18,774 nt of DNA from Coleofasciculus chthonoplastes F2-STO-03 (lineage in GTDB: Bacteria > Cyanobacteriota > Cyanobacteriia > Cyanobacteriales > Coleofasciculaceae). Shown piece after piece: positions 1 through 8,491 of this stretch. The DNA is taken from the NCBI GenBank assembly GCA_040222015.1, contig JAVJWO010000058.1, forward strand, positions 1 through 18,774. Direction: 5' to 3'. Position numbers and translations under genes: made by a program. Position 1 is the first letter of the stretch; every line of letters starts with the position of its first letter. The notes below the pieces were generated by a model. That model did not search any database and was not told the origin of the DNA. It saw only the letters and a program-made list of their open reading frames with translations.

Positions 1-130
1 GCTCCTCTGCTCCTCTGCTCCTCTGCTCCTCTGCTCCTCTGCTCCTCTGCTCCTCTGCTCCTCTGCTCCTCTGCTCCTCTGCTCCTCTGCTCCTCTGCTC
101 CTCTGCTCCTCTGCTCCTCTGCTCCTCTGC
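1..130. repeat. Perfect 8-bp tandem repeat (GCTCCTCT)n, 16 copies plus 2 nt, truncated by the window start
   Basis: Read directly from the sequence. Resembles the short tandem repeats (STRR-like) common in filamentous cyanobacteria. Confidence 0.97.
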
Positions 131-186
131 TTGGACAAAGCTGCTCAAGTATTTCCAAGGGCGCTGCACTAGAGCGTCGCTTGGTG

Positions 187-290
187 TAAGCTCTCATGCA
201 TTTAAATGGGGTATTAGTAGCGAGCAAGATGCTCGCACACCAAGGATGGGAGCCATTCTTGACATTAAGGTTTAAATGCCCAACAGCTTA
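187..290. mobile_element. MITE-like element, copy 1 (104 bp), with terminal inverted repeats and an internal REP-like hairpin
   Basis: Ends are TAAGCTctcatgCATTTAAA ... TTTAAATGcccaacAGCTTA. Internal palindrome GTAGCGAGCAAGATGCTCGC. A second homologous copy lies at 10455-10582. Confidence 0.75.
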
Positions 291-430
291 ATCACAGTTG
301 AACCACCATCAGTAGGGAAGATGTCGTGCTTTTACTCTAGGCTTTGCCGGGATCAACGCATCGCAAGAGTCCCCACCCTCAACGAAGTAGGGTGGGGAGG
401 GATAGCGGATTGCCGGAGGGACGGAGGCAA

Positions 431-854
431 TCAGTCTTGAGGTGCTTCTTGAAACTTAATGTAAGCCTTGACTCTCTCAATGGGAGCGCCACCAGTAGAA
501 GCAACATAATAAGAACCTGACCAAAATGCCGACTTAGTATAAGTTTTTGACAGTTCCACAGCAAAGTCTTTTCTGATGATTCGACGCTTAGGCAGACTTC
601 ATGCTACCAATCAGAGATGATAGGTTGTTGTCTGGATGAAAGTCCACCAGTAGATGCACATGCTCGGCTTCTCCTGAAAACTCGACAAGGCGACACTTTG
701 TCTTAATACAGACATTAGCAAGCACCTCATGTAATCGCTCCAACATTCCCGATGTAATGATTTTGCGTCTGTATTTAGTTACAAACACTATATGTAGTTG
801 AACAGAAAATACGGAATGAGAGCCTTTTCTAGCTTTCAGTTGACATGCCCCCAC
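431..854 (-). pseudogene. tnpA: IS200-type Y1 (HUH) transposase TnpA, frameshifted
   Basis: The N-terminal part has HIVFVTKYRR and the HUH motif HVH and stops at 588-590. The C-terminal part continues in a shifted frame (RIIRKDF...FWSGSYYVASTGGAPIERVKAYIKFQEAPQD*, with the catalytic YxxxQ) to a stop at 431-433. Confidence 0.88.
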
Positions 855-893
855 CTGAGTGTGTTAGATTGATTGTAACAGAAGGAAACGGCA

Positions 894-2219
894 ATGCCAA
901 CAAGACGTGTAACTTTTCGGCTATACCCCAATAAAAAGCAAGAGCAGACATTGCGGTATCACCGTAAGTTGCACAAGGATTTGTATAACGCCGCTGTTTG
1001 TAATCGGTTCACTCAGTACCAAAAGTTTAACCATGGGGTTGACTATTTTGAACAGCAAAATTCTTTACCTGCCTTCAAGGAAGTTTGGGTAGAGTACAAA
1101 GAGTGTAACTGCATGACCTTGCAAGCTACTTTAAAGCGTGTTGATTACGCATTTAATCGCTGGTTTAAAGGGCTAGCCAAACGTCCTAAATATAAGTCAA
1201 TCAAGCACTATTCTGGTTGGACTTATCCGAGTAAAACTGGTTGGAAGGTACACACTACGGGTGATAATGGTTATCTTGAGTTAGCTAAAATTGGCTCAAT
1301 CCAGATGCGCGGTAAAGCCCGAATTTGGGGAACTCCGACAACTTGCACCATTGTTTACCGTAATGGCAAATGGTACGCGAGCATAACCGTTAACCTAACT
1401 GAATTACAAGCGGCAACGAGACAAACAGACTTTGGGTCAGTTGGCATTGACTTCGGCTGTAAATCGGCATTGGCAATAACCGATGGGGAAAATCATTCTT
1501 TTATGAGGCCCCCTAAGTTTCTCCGAAAAGTTGAAGCATTGATTAAACATCTGTCTAAAGGAAAACGTCGTAAGGTAGCCCCTAACAGGAGGAAAAAACA
1601 GAAGGGTTCTAGGCGGTGGAAAAAGACCCAAGCACGAATTAGTAAAATAACTCGCCAGGTGGCTAATCAACGCCAAAATTGGGTACACCAAGTAGCAACA
1701 GACATTGTATGCTGTAATAGCTTCGTTGCTACGGAAAAACTAGAAGTCTCTAAAATGACCCGCTCTTCTAAGAAAGGTAAGCGCAAAAAACAAAAGACTG
1801 GGTTAAACAAATCCATTTTAGACGTAGGCATGGGAATGTTAAGGTCAGCGATTGAATATAAAGTAAGAGACGTTGGCGGGGTTTTTGTCGAGGTTCCTAC
1901 TCGAAAGGTGAAACCATCCCAAACCTGTCCTAACTGTGGAAATCAGCAGAAAAAGACCTTAGACCAAAGAGTTCACCATTGCCATAAATGTGGATTCACA
2001 ATGGATAGGGATTTAGCCGCTGCTTTGGTAATGCTTTTGTGGGCGCTAGGAATTCTACCGGGGTTGGGAACCAGCCTCGTAGACGCTGATGTCTCTAGCT
2101 CTACTTCAGAAACCCGTGAGCGCAAGCAAACGGGAAGCATGAAGCAACTAGGACAGATGAAGCGTCAGAAACACAGTCCTACTGGTCTGGTCGTAGAAAC
2201 CCAGACCTCAACGAAGTAG
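894..2219 (+). CDS. tnpB: RNA-guided endonuclease TnpB (IS605 OrfB family), 441 aa
   Basis: N-terminal FRLYPNKKQ HTH, RuvC-I GIDFG, RuvC-II ATEKL, zinc finger CPNC...CHKC and RuvC-III DRDLAAA. All three acidic catalytic residues are present. Confidence 0.95.
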   Translation: MPTRRVTFRLYPNKKQEQTLRYHRKLHKDLYNAAVCNRFTQYQKFNHGVDYFEQQNSLPAFKEVWVEYKECNCMTLQATLKRVDYAFNRWFKGLAKRPKYKSIKHYSGWTYPSKTGWKVHTTGDNGYLELAKIGSIQMRGKARIWGTPTTCTIVYRNGKWYASITVNLTELQAATRQTDFGSVGIDFGCKSALAITDGENHSFMRPPKFLRKVEALIKHLSKGKRRKVAPNRRKKQKGSRRWKKTQARISKITRQVANQRQNWVHQVATDIVCCNSFVATEKLEVSKMTRSSKKGKRKKQKTGLNKSILDVGMGMLRSAIEYKVRDVGGVFVEVPTRKVKPSQTCPNCGNQQKKTLDQRVHHCHKCGFTMDRDLAAALVMLLWALGILPGLGTSLVDADVSSSTSETRERKQTGSMKQLGQMKRQKHSPTGLVVETQTSTK

Positions 2220-2254
2220 GTCTGGGTAGTTCATCCTGTAAAATATCCGAGGGA
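2060..2254 (+). ncRNA. Predicted TnpB omegaRNA/reRNA (scaffold overlapping the tnpB 3' end; guide approx. 2235-2254); boundaries approximate
   Basis: TnpB guide RNAs are known to derive from the element right end. Hairpins are visible at 2113-2134 (CCCGT...ACGGG) and 2199-2227. The 5' boundary is inferred. Confidence 0.55.
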
Positions 2255-2280
2255 GGAAAACAAAGGACACCCTCGCAACT

Positions 2281-2420
2281 TTGGTTGGGGCGGGTTGATT
2301 CACATCAAGGTGGCAAAAAAACGATAATAGTGAAACCCGCCCCTACATTCCTCGGTGGGAACAGGTTGAGTCACATCGGGGCAGAAAAAAATGATAATAG
2401 TGAAATCCGCCCCTACATTC
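2281..2420. repeat. Two tandem 70-bp units of a REP-like GGGGCGGGT...A(C/T)CCGCCCCTAC palindrome
   Basis: Units 2281-2350 and 2351-2420 share GGTTGAnTCACATC and GATAATAGTGAAAyCCGCCCCTACATTC at an exact 70-bp period. Confidence 0.85.
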
Positions 2421-2451
2421 GGAAAAATTCTTTCATTCCTAGTGGTATTTC

Positions 2452-3495
2452 ATGGATTATCGAGAAGCTGGTGTTGATATCGAAGCAGGTCGAGCGTTTG
2501 TACAGCAGATTAGAGGGCTAGTCCAAAGCACCCATCGACCCGAAGTTTTAGGTGGACTCGGTGGCTTTAATGGTTGCTTCCAGTTACCGATGGGATATCG
2601 CGAACCCGTTTTAGTGTCGGGAACCGATGGAGTGGGAACAAAGCTGAAACTGGCTCATGAGTTAAATCGTCACGACACCGTGGGAATTGACTTAGTTGCC
2701 ATGTGTGTCAACGATGTCTTGACATCTGGCGCACAACCCCTATTTTTTTTGGACTATTTAGCCACAGGAAAGCTGAATCAAGAGCAACTCACTCAAGTGG
2801 TAGCGGGTATTGCTCAAGGATGTCGTCAGGCTGGCTGCGCGTTGTTGGGAGGAGAAACCGCAGAAATGCCCGGTTTTTATCAACCGGGAGAGTATGACAT
2901 TGCTGGTTTTTGCGTGGGAATGGTGGAAAAAAGCGAAATCTTAGACGGTTCTCAGGTGCAATTGGGAGATGTGGCGATTGGTTTAGCCAGTCAGGGGGTT
3001 CACAGTAATGGGTTTAGTTTAGTCCGCAAAATTGTTAGCGATTCGGTTAACCAGGAATCGCCGTTAAGTTGGGATAGCTGTCCCGATTTACTTGGGGGTC
3101 AACGTTTAGGAGACGTGTTGCTGACACCGACTCAAATTTATGTGAAACCGATTCTAGATGCGCTACAGGCTGGAATTGAAATTCATGGTATGGCTCACAT
3201 TACAGGTGGCGGTTTACCAGAGAATTTACCTCGGTGTTTAGGTCAAGGGCAATCGGTGCAGATTGATGCCAATAGCTGGGAGATTTTACCTATTTTTCAG
3301 TGGCTAGCTGAGGCGGGTCAAGTGAGTCGGGAGGAGATGTTTAATACGTTCAATATGGGGATTGGGTTTGTGGTGTTGGTGTCATCTGTTCAAGCCGAAA
3401 AGACTTGTCGTTGGTTTGAGTCTCAAGGCGTAACGGCTTATCGGATTGGGGAAGTAGTTGAAGGTTCGGGGGAAATTGTTGGTCTATCGGGTTAA
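2452..3495 (+). CDS. purM: Phosphoribosylformylglycinamidine cyclo-ligase (AIR synthetase)
   Basis: Motifs [48 protein letters not shown] and TFNMGIG. Confidence 0.98.
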   Translation: MDYREAGVDIEAGRAFVQQIRGLVQSTHRPEVLGGLGGFNGCFQLPMGYREPVLVSGTDGVGTKLKLAHELNRHDTVGIDLVAMCVNDVLTSGAQPLFFLDYLATGKLNQEQLTQVVAGIAQGCRQAGCALLGGETAEMPGFYQPGEYDIAGFCVGMVEKSEILDGSQVQLGDVAIGLASQGVHSNGFSLVRKIVSDSVNQESPLSWDSCPDLLGGQRLGDVLLTPTQIYVKPILDALQAGIEIHGMAHITGGGLPENLPRCLGQGQSVQIDANSWEILPIFQWLAEAGQVSREEMFNTFNMGIGFVVLVSSVQAEKTCRWFESQGVTAYRIGEVVEGSGEIVGLSG

Positions 3496-3528
3496 TTAGG
3501 ATTTGTTGAATAAGAATCCCCTTTTACC

Positions 3529-3578
3529 ATGGCGATTGAAATCGCTGCTACACAAACAAAGTCCGCCTGCGCGGACTG
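3529..3578 (-). repeat. Dispersed ~50-bp repeat with AGTCCGCGCAGGCGGACT hairpin (copy 1)
   Basis: The reverse complement CAGTCCGCGCAGGCGGACTTTGTTTGTGTAGCAGCGATTTCAATCGCCAT closely matches 6377-6427. Confidence 0.8.
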
Positions 3579-3700
3579 GGTTATAAGGGGAGTAGTTAAC
3601 CCAGATTTGGTATCATTCATTTTTATTTTACCTTTTTACTTAACATACAATCAACATTGCCTCAAAAGTTGAGCGATTTTGCAGCTATTGAATCTTCAGC

Positions 3701-4498
3701 CTAATCAGATGAGTTGATCAAATTCTGAGATTTTAGATGTTCCGTCAACCAGGTTTGATCGGCTTGAGTAAGACGCGGGGAAAGCTGACGATGGTAGTTA
3801 ATGACAAAAGCAAAACCCGCGCGATCGTATACCTCGTGAATTAAACGTTGTAAATCTAGTGTCGGTTCATTCTCGCCTCGACGCAGAGGGATTTTCAAAA
3901 TAGCAATTGGAGTTTGCAAGGATAAAGAATATAAATTAGCACGAGGACGCTGATCAGCCTGACTAATCAGGATACGATAAAGAGATGGTGCAAATTGTCC
4001 TAGCATGGGCATTGGTGTACCCGCACGAAGTAAGTCAATTTCCACGAGATGGGCAAGGCTGCGTAGAACGTTTTGGCGCTTGGTTTCGTAGGCGATGCGC
4101 CCTGAACCCGCTTTTTTGTTTTTGGGTGAGAGGAGTTCAATCACGGTGACAACTAACCCCGTTTCAATTTCGCGGATTTCCAGGTAACTTTCGCGAACTT
4201 CTTCGGGCATTGGTACTGTAACAATTGTAGGTTGTGGTGTCAGTGTGCCAATGTTGCTGGATAGTTCATCTTGACTGGGGCGATTGATTCCCTGAGTGAC
4301 GCTAACATCGGGAATTCCGACTAAAACAGACTCTCCATCACTCATTTCATAGATGCGACGTTCAACCGCCGCCCTATATTTCGGCAGGATTTGGGGGTTG
4401 AGTGCATCTGCGATCGCAACAATTAGCCGACTATGGAATTCTGACCAGAGTTGGGGAGTTTCGAGGTATGGATTCATCCCAGGAAAGGGGGAAGGCAT
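3701..4498 (-). CDS. DUF4058 family protein (putative PD-(D/E)XK-fold nuclease)
   Basis: Family-typical start MPSPFPGMNPYLE, plus IPDVSV, VTVIELLSPKNK and HLVEIDLLR. Confidence 0.9.
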   Translation of the reverse strand: MPSPFPGMNPYLETPQLWSEFHSRLIVAIADALNPQILPKYRAAVERRIYEMSDGESVLVGIPDVSVTQGINRPSQDELSSNIGTLTPQPTIVTVPMPEEVRESYLEIREIETGLVVTVIELLSPKNKKAGSGRIAYETKRQNVLRSLAHLVEIDLLRAGTPMPMLGQFAPSLYRILISQADQRPRANLYSLSLQTPIAILKIPLRRGENEPTLDLQRLIHEVYDRAGFAFVINYHRQLSPRLTQADQTWLTEHLKSQNLINSSD

Positions 4499-4584
4499 GG
4501 TGCGATCGCAAAACTACTATTTTATTTATCCTAACGGATTTACCCAGATGGGTCAGGAGCATGAGAACATCCGATGGACGACTT

Positions 4585-6081
4585 TTATTCGTTTTGATAC
4601 CCGTCGGTACTTTTTAACACTTCTTCGATAGGCTCTACAATAGCATTTACCTTTTCTGGATTTTCACGAATCCAAACAGTTAGAAACGCACCCCGAACAA
4701 TTACCTCTGGCACAAAACCAACTTTGATGCCGATTTGATTATAAATCAAATGTGGATCTCGATTTGTACAACTGACTTCATCAAGACTTGAGCGTACTTG
4801 ATCTTGCTTTTCGGGAGCCAGTTGACATGATACTGTTAAAATTGCGATATTAGAATCTATGTTAGTATAAACATCTTCAAAAACAGTCGCCTCTGGCTGA
4901 TTTCCTGGCAACCTATATATACCTTTGTCGGGTTCATCTGGTTGTTGAGAATCTCCATCAATCAAACAGATTGATTTACTGGTAATAGAGGGATTATTTA
5001 AATGCCCTATGTGAATGCTTCTAGCATTTCCATCACCCGATACGGGATATACTTCTACTTGATCAAATCTTTTTCCTAGTTTCTCCCTAAGAATTGCATC
5101 TACCCAACATTTAGCAAAATTATCTTCAACAAAAATTGCCAATTTTTTATCTACTCTTCCTGATACGGCTCTCAGAGTCTCTACAGTTAATTTTCCTTGC
5201 TGTACTTTGCCATCAATTGATGCCCATATCGCTTCAGGTGGTAGTGGCTCAAGAGCGTAATCACTATGTGTAGTAAAAATGACTTGACAACTCTTACGAC
5301 TAGCTAAAGCTAAAAAGTATTCCACCAGTCTACGCACTGCTATAGGATGCAAACCATTTTCAATTTCTTCAATTAATATGAGCGAATTGTCTGGTGACGA
5401 TTCAATTTTAGTAATCATTCTAATTACAGAAGCTTCCCCTGCGCCAAAATGAAACTCTGAATACTCTAAATCATTATTGCCACCTATATAAAAAAACTCT
5501 TTTCCAGGTATATCAGTTACTTTAAATGCGCTTACCGGTTTACCTAAAATTTTTTCAATTTGTTCAGAAATAGCTAAATCTATATTTTTAATATTACCAT
5601 CATGTCGATATGAGGGCTTCATTAATTTCTTGAATGAACTTTTTTCACCAGCAGGTACTGTTCTATTAATACCAAAGTATATTACTTCTCTAGAAAGAAC
5701 GTCATCTCGCCTCCATTGTAATTGACGAAATCTACTGCTTCTTCGCACATCATTGGTAGGATGTAATTTTCGATCTACACAATCGTATTCAATAGTCCAA
5801 TCAGCCATGCTATCGTCACCAATTGAACTTTTCGGAAAAAATAAACTCGGCTTAATTGCCTTATAAGCGCAGGCGGCAGCACCAAGAATAGTTGACTTAC
5901 CACCACCATTAGGACCAATGAGCGCAGTAACCGGAAACTCAAACTCTACACGCGCTCCTTGAAATGCACGAACTCTTGACAGACGCATAGCTAAGAGATA
6001 ATTCCCATACTTTTTTCGTCGAACTTTATCTAGCAGAGCAGATACTTCAGATGCTCTAATTTCGCTTCTATAGCCTGTCAT
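4585..6081 (-). CDS. ATP-dependent nuclease of OLD-like architecture: N-terminal ABC ATPase plus C-terminal TOPRIM-like domain
   Basis: Walker A GPNGGGKST, signature-like FGAGE, Walker B/D-loop LILIEEIENGLHP and H-loop TTHS, followed by TOPRIM-like IFVED, a GDG glycine loop and DxD (CLIDGD). Confidence 0.8.
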   Translation of the reverse strand: MTGYRSEIRASEVSALLDKVRRKKYGNYLLAMRLSRVRAFQGARVEFEFPVTALIGPNGGGKSTILGAAACAYKAIKPSLFFPKSSIGDDSMADWTIEYDCVDRKLHPTNDVRRSSRFRQLQWRRDDVLSREVIYFGINRTVPAGEKSSFKKLMKPSYRHDGNIKNIDLAISEQIEKILGKPVSAFKVTDIPGKEFFYIGGNNDLEYSEFHFGAGEASVIRMITKIESSPDNSLILIEEIENGLHPIAVRRLVEYFLALASRKSCQVIFTTHSDYALEPLPPEAIWASIDGKVQQGKLTVETLRAVSGRVDKKLAIFVEDNFAKCWVDAILREKLGKRFDQVEVYPVSGDGNARSIHIGHLNNPSITSKSICLIDGDSQQPDEPDKGIYRLPGNQPEATVFEDVYTNIDSNIAILTVSCQLAPEKQDQVRSSLDEVSCTNRDPHLIYNQIGIKVGFVPEVIVRGAFLTVWIRENPEKVNAIVEPIEEVLKSTDGYQNE

Positions 6082-6272
6082 CTATTCTATCGGTGTCAAC
6101 ACGATTGTTTTAGTGCATAACTAGCTCATCAACATCAGAGCCAGTGGATAATACCTATATTTTAGTCTAATTTTTCGCACTATGCACCATTTAAAAGACA
6201 GGGTAGCACACTTTAAACACTTATGTCTTTCTTAATAATTAGGTCTTCCACCGCTAAGTGCGGAATGTGGGA

Positions 6273-6360
6273 TCAAATGTTGTCATAGATAGCGTCTGCC
6301 TCGCTGTATCCGGAAAAGAATTGCTGGGCTGTAAATTGTGACCAGGTAGTTGTTTCAGTA
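6273..6360 (-). pseudogene. Probable C-terminal remnant of a small conserved hypothetical protein
   Basis: The tail WSQFTAQQFFSGYSEADAIYDNI looks protein-like, and from recall resembles small cyanobacterial hypothetical proteins. The upstream part of the 68-aa ORF is made of intergenic repeats. Confidence 0.4.
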
Positions 6361-6376
6361 AACTCAGTCTCAACAT

Positions 6377-6427
6377 CAGTCCGCGCAGGCGGACTTGGTT
6401 TGTGTAGCTGCGAATTCCATTCGCCAT
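6377..6427 (+). repeat. Dispersed ~50-bp repeat with AGTCCGCGCAGGCGGACT hairpin (copy 2)
   Basis: Homologous to the inverted copy at 3529-3578. Confidence 0.8.
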
Positions 6428-6440
6428 CAGTTTTTTTATT

Positions 6441-6477
6441 CCCCTCTCCTCGCAGGAGAGGGGTTAGGGGAGAGGTC
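6441..6477. repeat. Palindromic repeat CCCCTCTCCTCGCAGGAGAGGGGTTAGGGGAGAGG at the prfC 3' end
   Basis: 10-bp stem CCCCTCTCCT/AGGAGAGGGG. Resembles a common cyanobacterial intergenic repeat and may stabilise or terminate prfC mRNA. Confidence 0.6.
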
Positions 6478-8104
6478 ACAACGAATCAGGTTCCTGTCCC
6501 GACGCCACAGGCGCTGTGGCATTCAACTGCAACTCTGGATGATCCCCAATCACCTGTTGTAAATTCCACTCATTCTTAAACAACAAAACTGGACGCCCCC
6601 AGTTATCTTTCACCACCGCCGTGTTAAACAACCGTCCCGCTTTTTCTAAAGCTTGCCACCCCCCAGCTACCCAACGGGCAACACTATAGGGCAACATATC
6701 CAACAACGTTTCTACGCCATATTCATTCTGTAAACGGAACTGTACCACCTCAAATTGCAACTGTCCCACGGCGGCTAAAATGGGGTCGCGCTTGGATTCA
6801 TCCACAGAATACATAATCTGTATCGCCCCTTCTTCGCGCAACTCAGTTACCCCTTTGTGAAATTGCTTGAATTTAGAGGGATTGGGATTTTTCAAATAGG
6901 CAAATAATTCCGGAGAAAAACAGGGAATCCCTTCATACTCCAAACGCTTGCCATTGTAAATCGTATCCCCGATCGCAAACACCCCCGGATTATTTAACCC
7001 AATCACATCCCCTGGATATGCCACATCCAAAGATTCCCTCCCTTGGGCAAATAATTTCTGAGGTCTTGACAACCGTACCGTTTTCCCAGTCCGCGCATGG
7101 TTCACAGTCATGTCCTTGTCAAATCGACCCGTACAAACCCGGACAAATGCCACTCTATCCCGGTGTTTGGGGTCCATATTCGCTTGCAGCTTAAACACAA
7201 ATCCACTGAAGTCGGGATAGGTGGGTGGCATTTCCCCCTCAGTAGACTTGTAGGCTTCCGGTTGCATGGCGTACTCTAAAAACGCATCCAAAAACAACTT
7301 GACGCCAAAATTTGTCATAGCACTGCCAAAGAATACAGGCGTCATCTGACCTTTATGCACCAACTCTAAATCTAAATCGGGTCCAATCCCCTCAATCAGT
7401 TCTAACTCTTCTTTCAACTGATAATACAGGTCTTGATCCAGCAATTTTTCAATCCGGGAATCCCCCAAATCGATTACCGTATCTCCCGCTTCCTTACTCC
7501 CATGTGCCGTGCGTTCAAATAGGTGAATTTGCCGCAGACGGCGGTCAAACACGCCCTTAAACCGATCGCCCATACCAATGGGCCAATTCACCGCATAAGT
7601 CTGCAACCCTAACTCCTGCTCAATTTCATCCAACAGTTCCAACGGTTCCCGCGCCGGACGATCCATTTTATTCACAAATGTGAAAATCGGCAGCGATCGC
7701 ATCCGGCAAACTTCAAACAACTTGCGCGTCTGTGGTTCCAAACCCTTCGCCGCATCCACCAGCATCACCGCATTATCCGCCGCTGCTAATGTACGATAGG
7801 TATCTTCACTAAAATCTTGGTGTCCCGGTGTGTCCAGCAAATTAATCTGGCGATTCTTATACGCGAACTGCAACACCGTTGAGGTAATCGAAATGCCCCG
7901 TTGTTGTTCCATTGCCATCCAATCCGACGTAGCCTTACGCTGCGCCCGTCGGGCTTTCACCGACCCAGCTTCGTGAATCGCACCTCCATATAACAACAGC
8001 TTCTCGGTTAGCGTCGTTTTCCCCGCGTCTGGGTGGGAAATAATCGCAAAATTCCGTCGGTGTTCAACCGCCGTTTGCAGTTCAGCCTTAAGTTCAGTGG
8101 ACAT
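6476..8104 (-). CDS. prfC: Peptide chain release factor 3
   Basis: Motifs [61 protein letters not shown] and VGQLQFEV. Confidence 0.98.
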   Translation of the reverse strand: MSTELKAELQTAVEHRRNFAIISHPDAGKTTLTEKLLLYGGAIHEAGSVKARRAQRKATSDWMAMEQQRGISITSTVLQFAYKNRQINLLDTPGHQDFSEDTYRTLAAADNAVMLVDAAKGLEPQTRKLFEVCRMRSLPIFTFVNKMDRPAREPLELLDEIEQELGLQTYAVNWPIGMGDRFKGVFDRRLRQIHLFERTAHGSKEAGDTVIDLGDSRIEKLLDQDLYYQLKEELELIEGIGPDLDLELVHKGQMTPVFFGSAMTNFGVKLFLDAFLEYAMQPEAYKSTEGEMPPTYPDFSGFVFKLQANMDPKHRDRVAFVRVCTGRFDKDMTVNHARTGKTVRLSRPQKLFAQGRESLDVAYPGDVIGLNNPGVFAIGDTIYNGKRLEYEGIPCFSPELFAYLKNPNPSKFKQFHKGVTELREEGAIQIMYSVDESKRDPILAAVGQLQFEVVQFRLQNEYGVETLLDMLPYSVARWVAGGWQALEKAGRLFNTAVVKDNWGRPVLLFKNEWNLQQVIGDHPELQLNATAPVASGQEPDSL

Positions 8105-8491
8105 TCAAAACGCCTAATTACGGAACACTCAGCCTTCCATTATAGAAGTTGAGATCCTGGGTCGGTTGGCTTGAGTTAGTATTTTCTATATCTTAAGTCA
8201 TAAATTGTCAAGCTTTTTTTATCAAAATTAACCCTATAGGTTATAACCCTAGAAGGTGTAGTTTCTGCTAATTCTGGGGAATACTTAAATCAGCGCCTTT
8301 TGGGTAAATCCAATTCCTTCAGGTTCAAACGTTAACAGAGTGAACATGAATCATTATTTCCTGACTAGGGGGTTAAAGCCTCCACTGTATGCTGAGTCAT
8401 GGTTCATGGTTTTCCAGATCACTGATTGAGTCCCCTCAAACCGTTTTAATTTTACTAGATAAGAGCTGATTATTGATTAGAAGGAGACATT

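Larger units (their letters stand above)
354..2234 (+). mobile_element. IS200/IS605-family element (divergent tnpA pseudogene plus tnpB); left boundary approximate
   Basis: Y1 tnpA and tnpB are divergent. Subterminal 10-bp-stem hairpins at 370-398 and 2199-2227 share the loop CAACGAAGT. The right end finishes ...GTAGTTCAT, similar to the TCAA/TCAC right-end tetranucleotides of this family. Confidence 0.85.

Noticed and set aside
379..564. 61-aa minus-strand ORF
   Set aside because: It is an alternative frame over the tnpA C-terminal half and the left-end hairpin.
894..2219. Cas12f or a nuclease-dead TnpB-derived repressor
   Set aside because: There is no CRISPR array, the gene sits within IS ends next to tnpA, and the RuvC triad is intact.
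2285..2521. 78-aa ORF upstream of purM
   Set aside because: It reads through REP repeats and overlaps purM out of frame.
4585..6270. Retron or Gabija system around the ATPase/TOPRIM gene
   Set aside because: No reverse transcriptase, msr/msd-like inverted repeats or UvrD-like helicase is present in the window.
8258..8271. Possible NtcA box GTA-N8-TAA
   Set aside because: It mismatches the GTA-N8-TAC consensus and has no supporting context.
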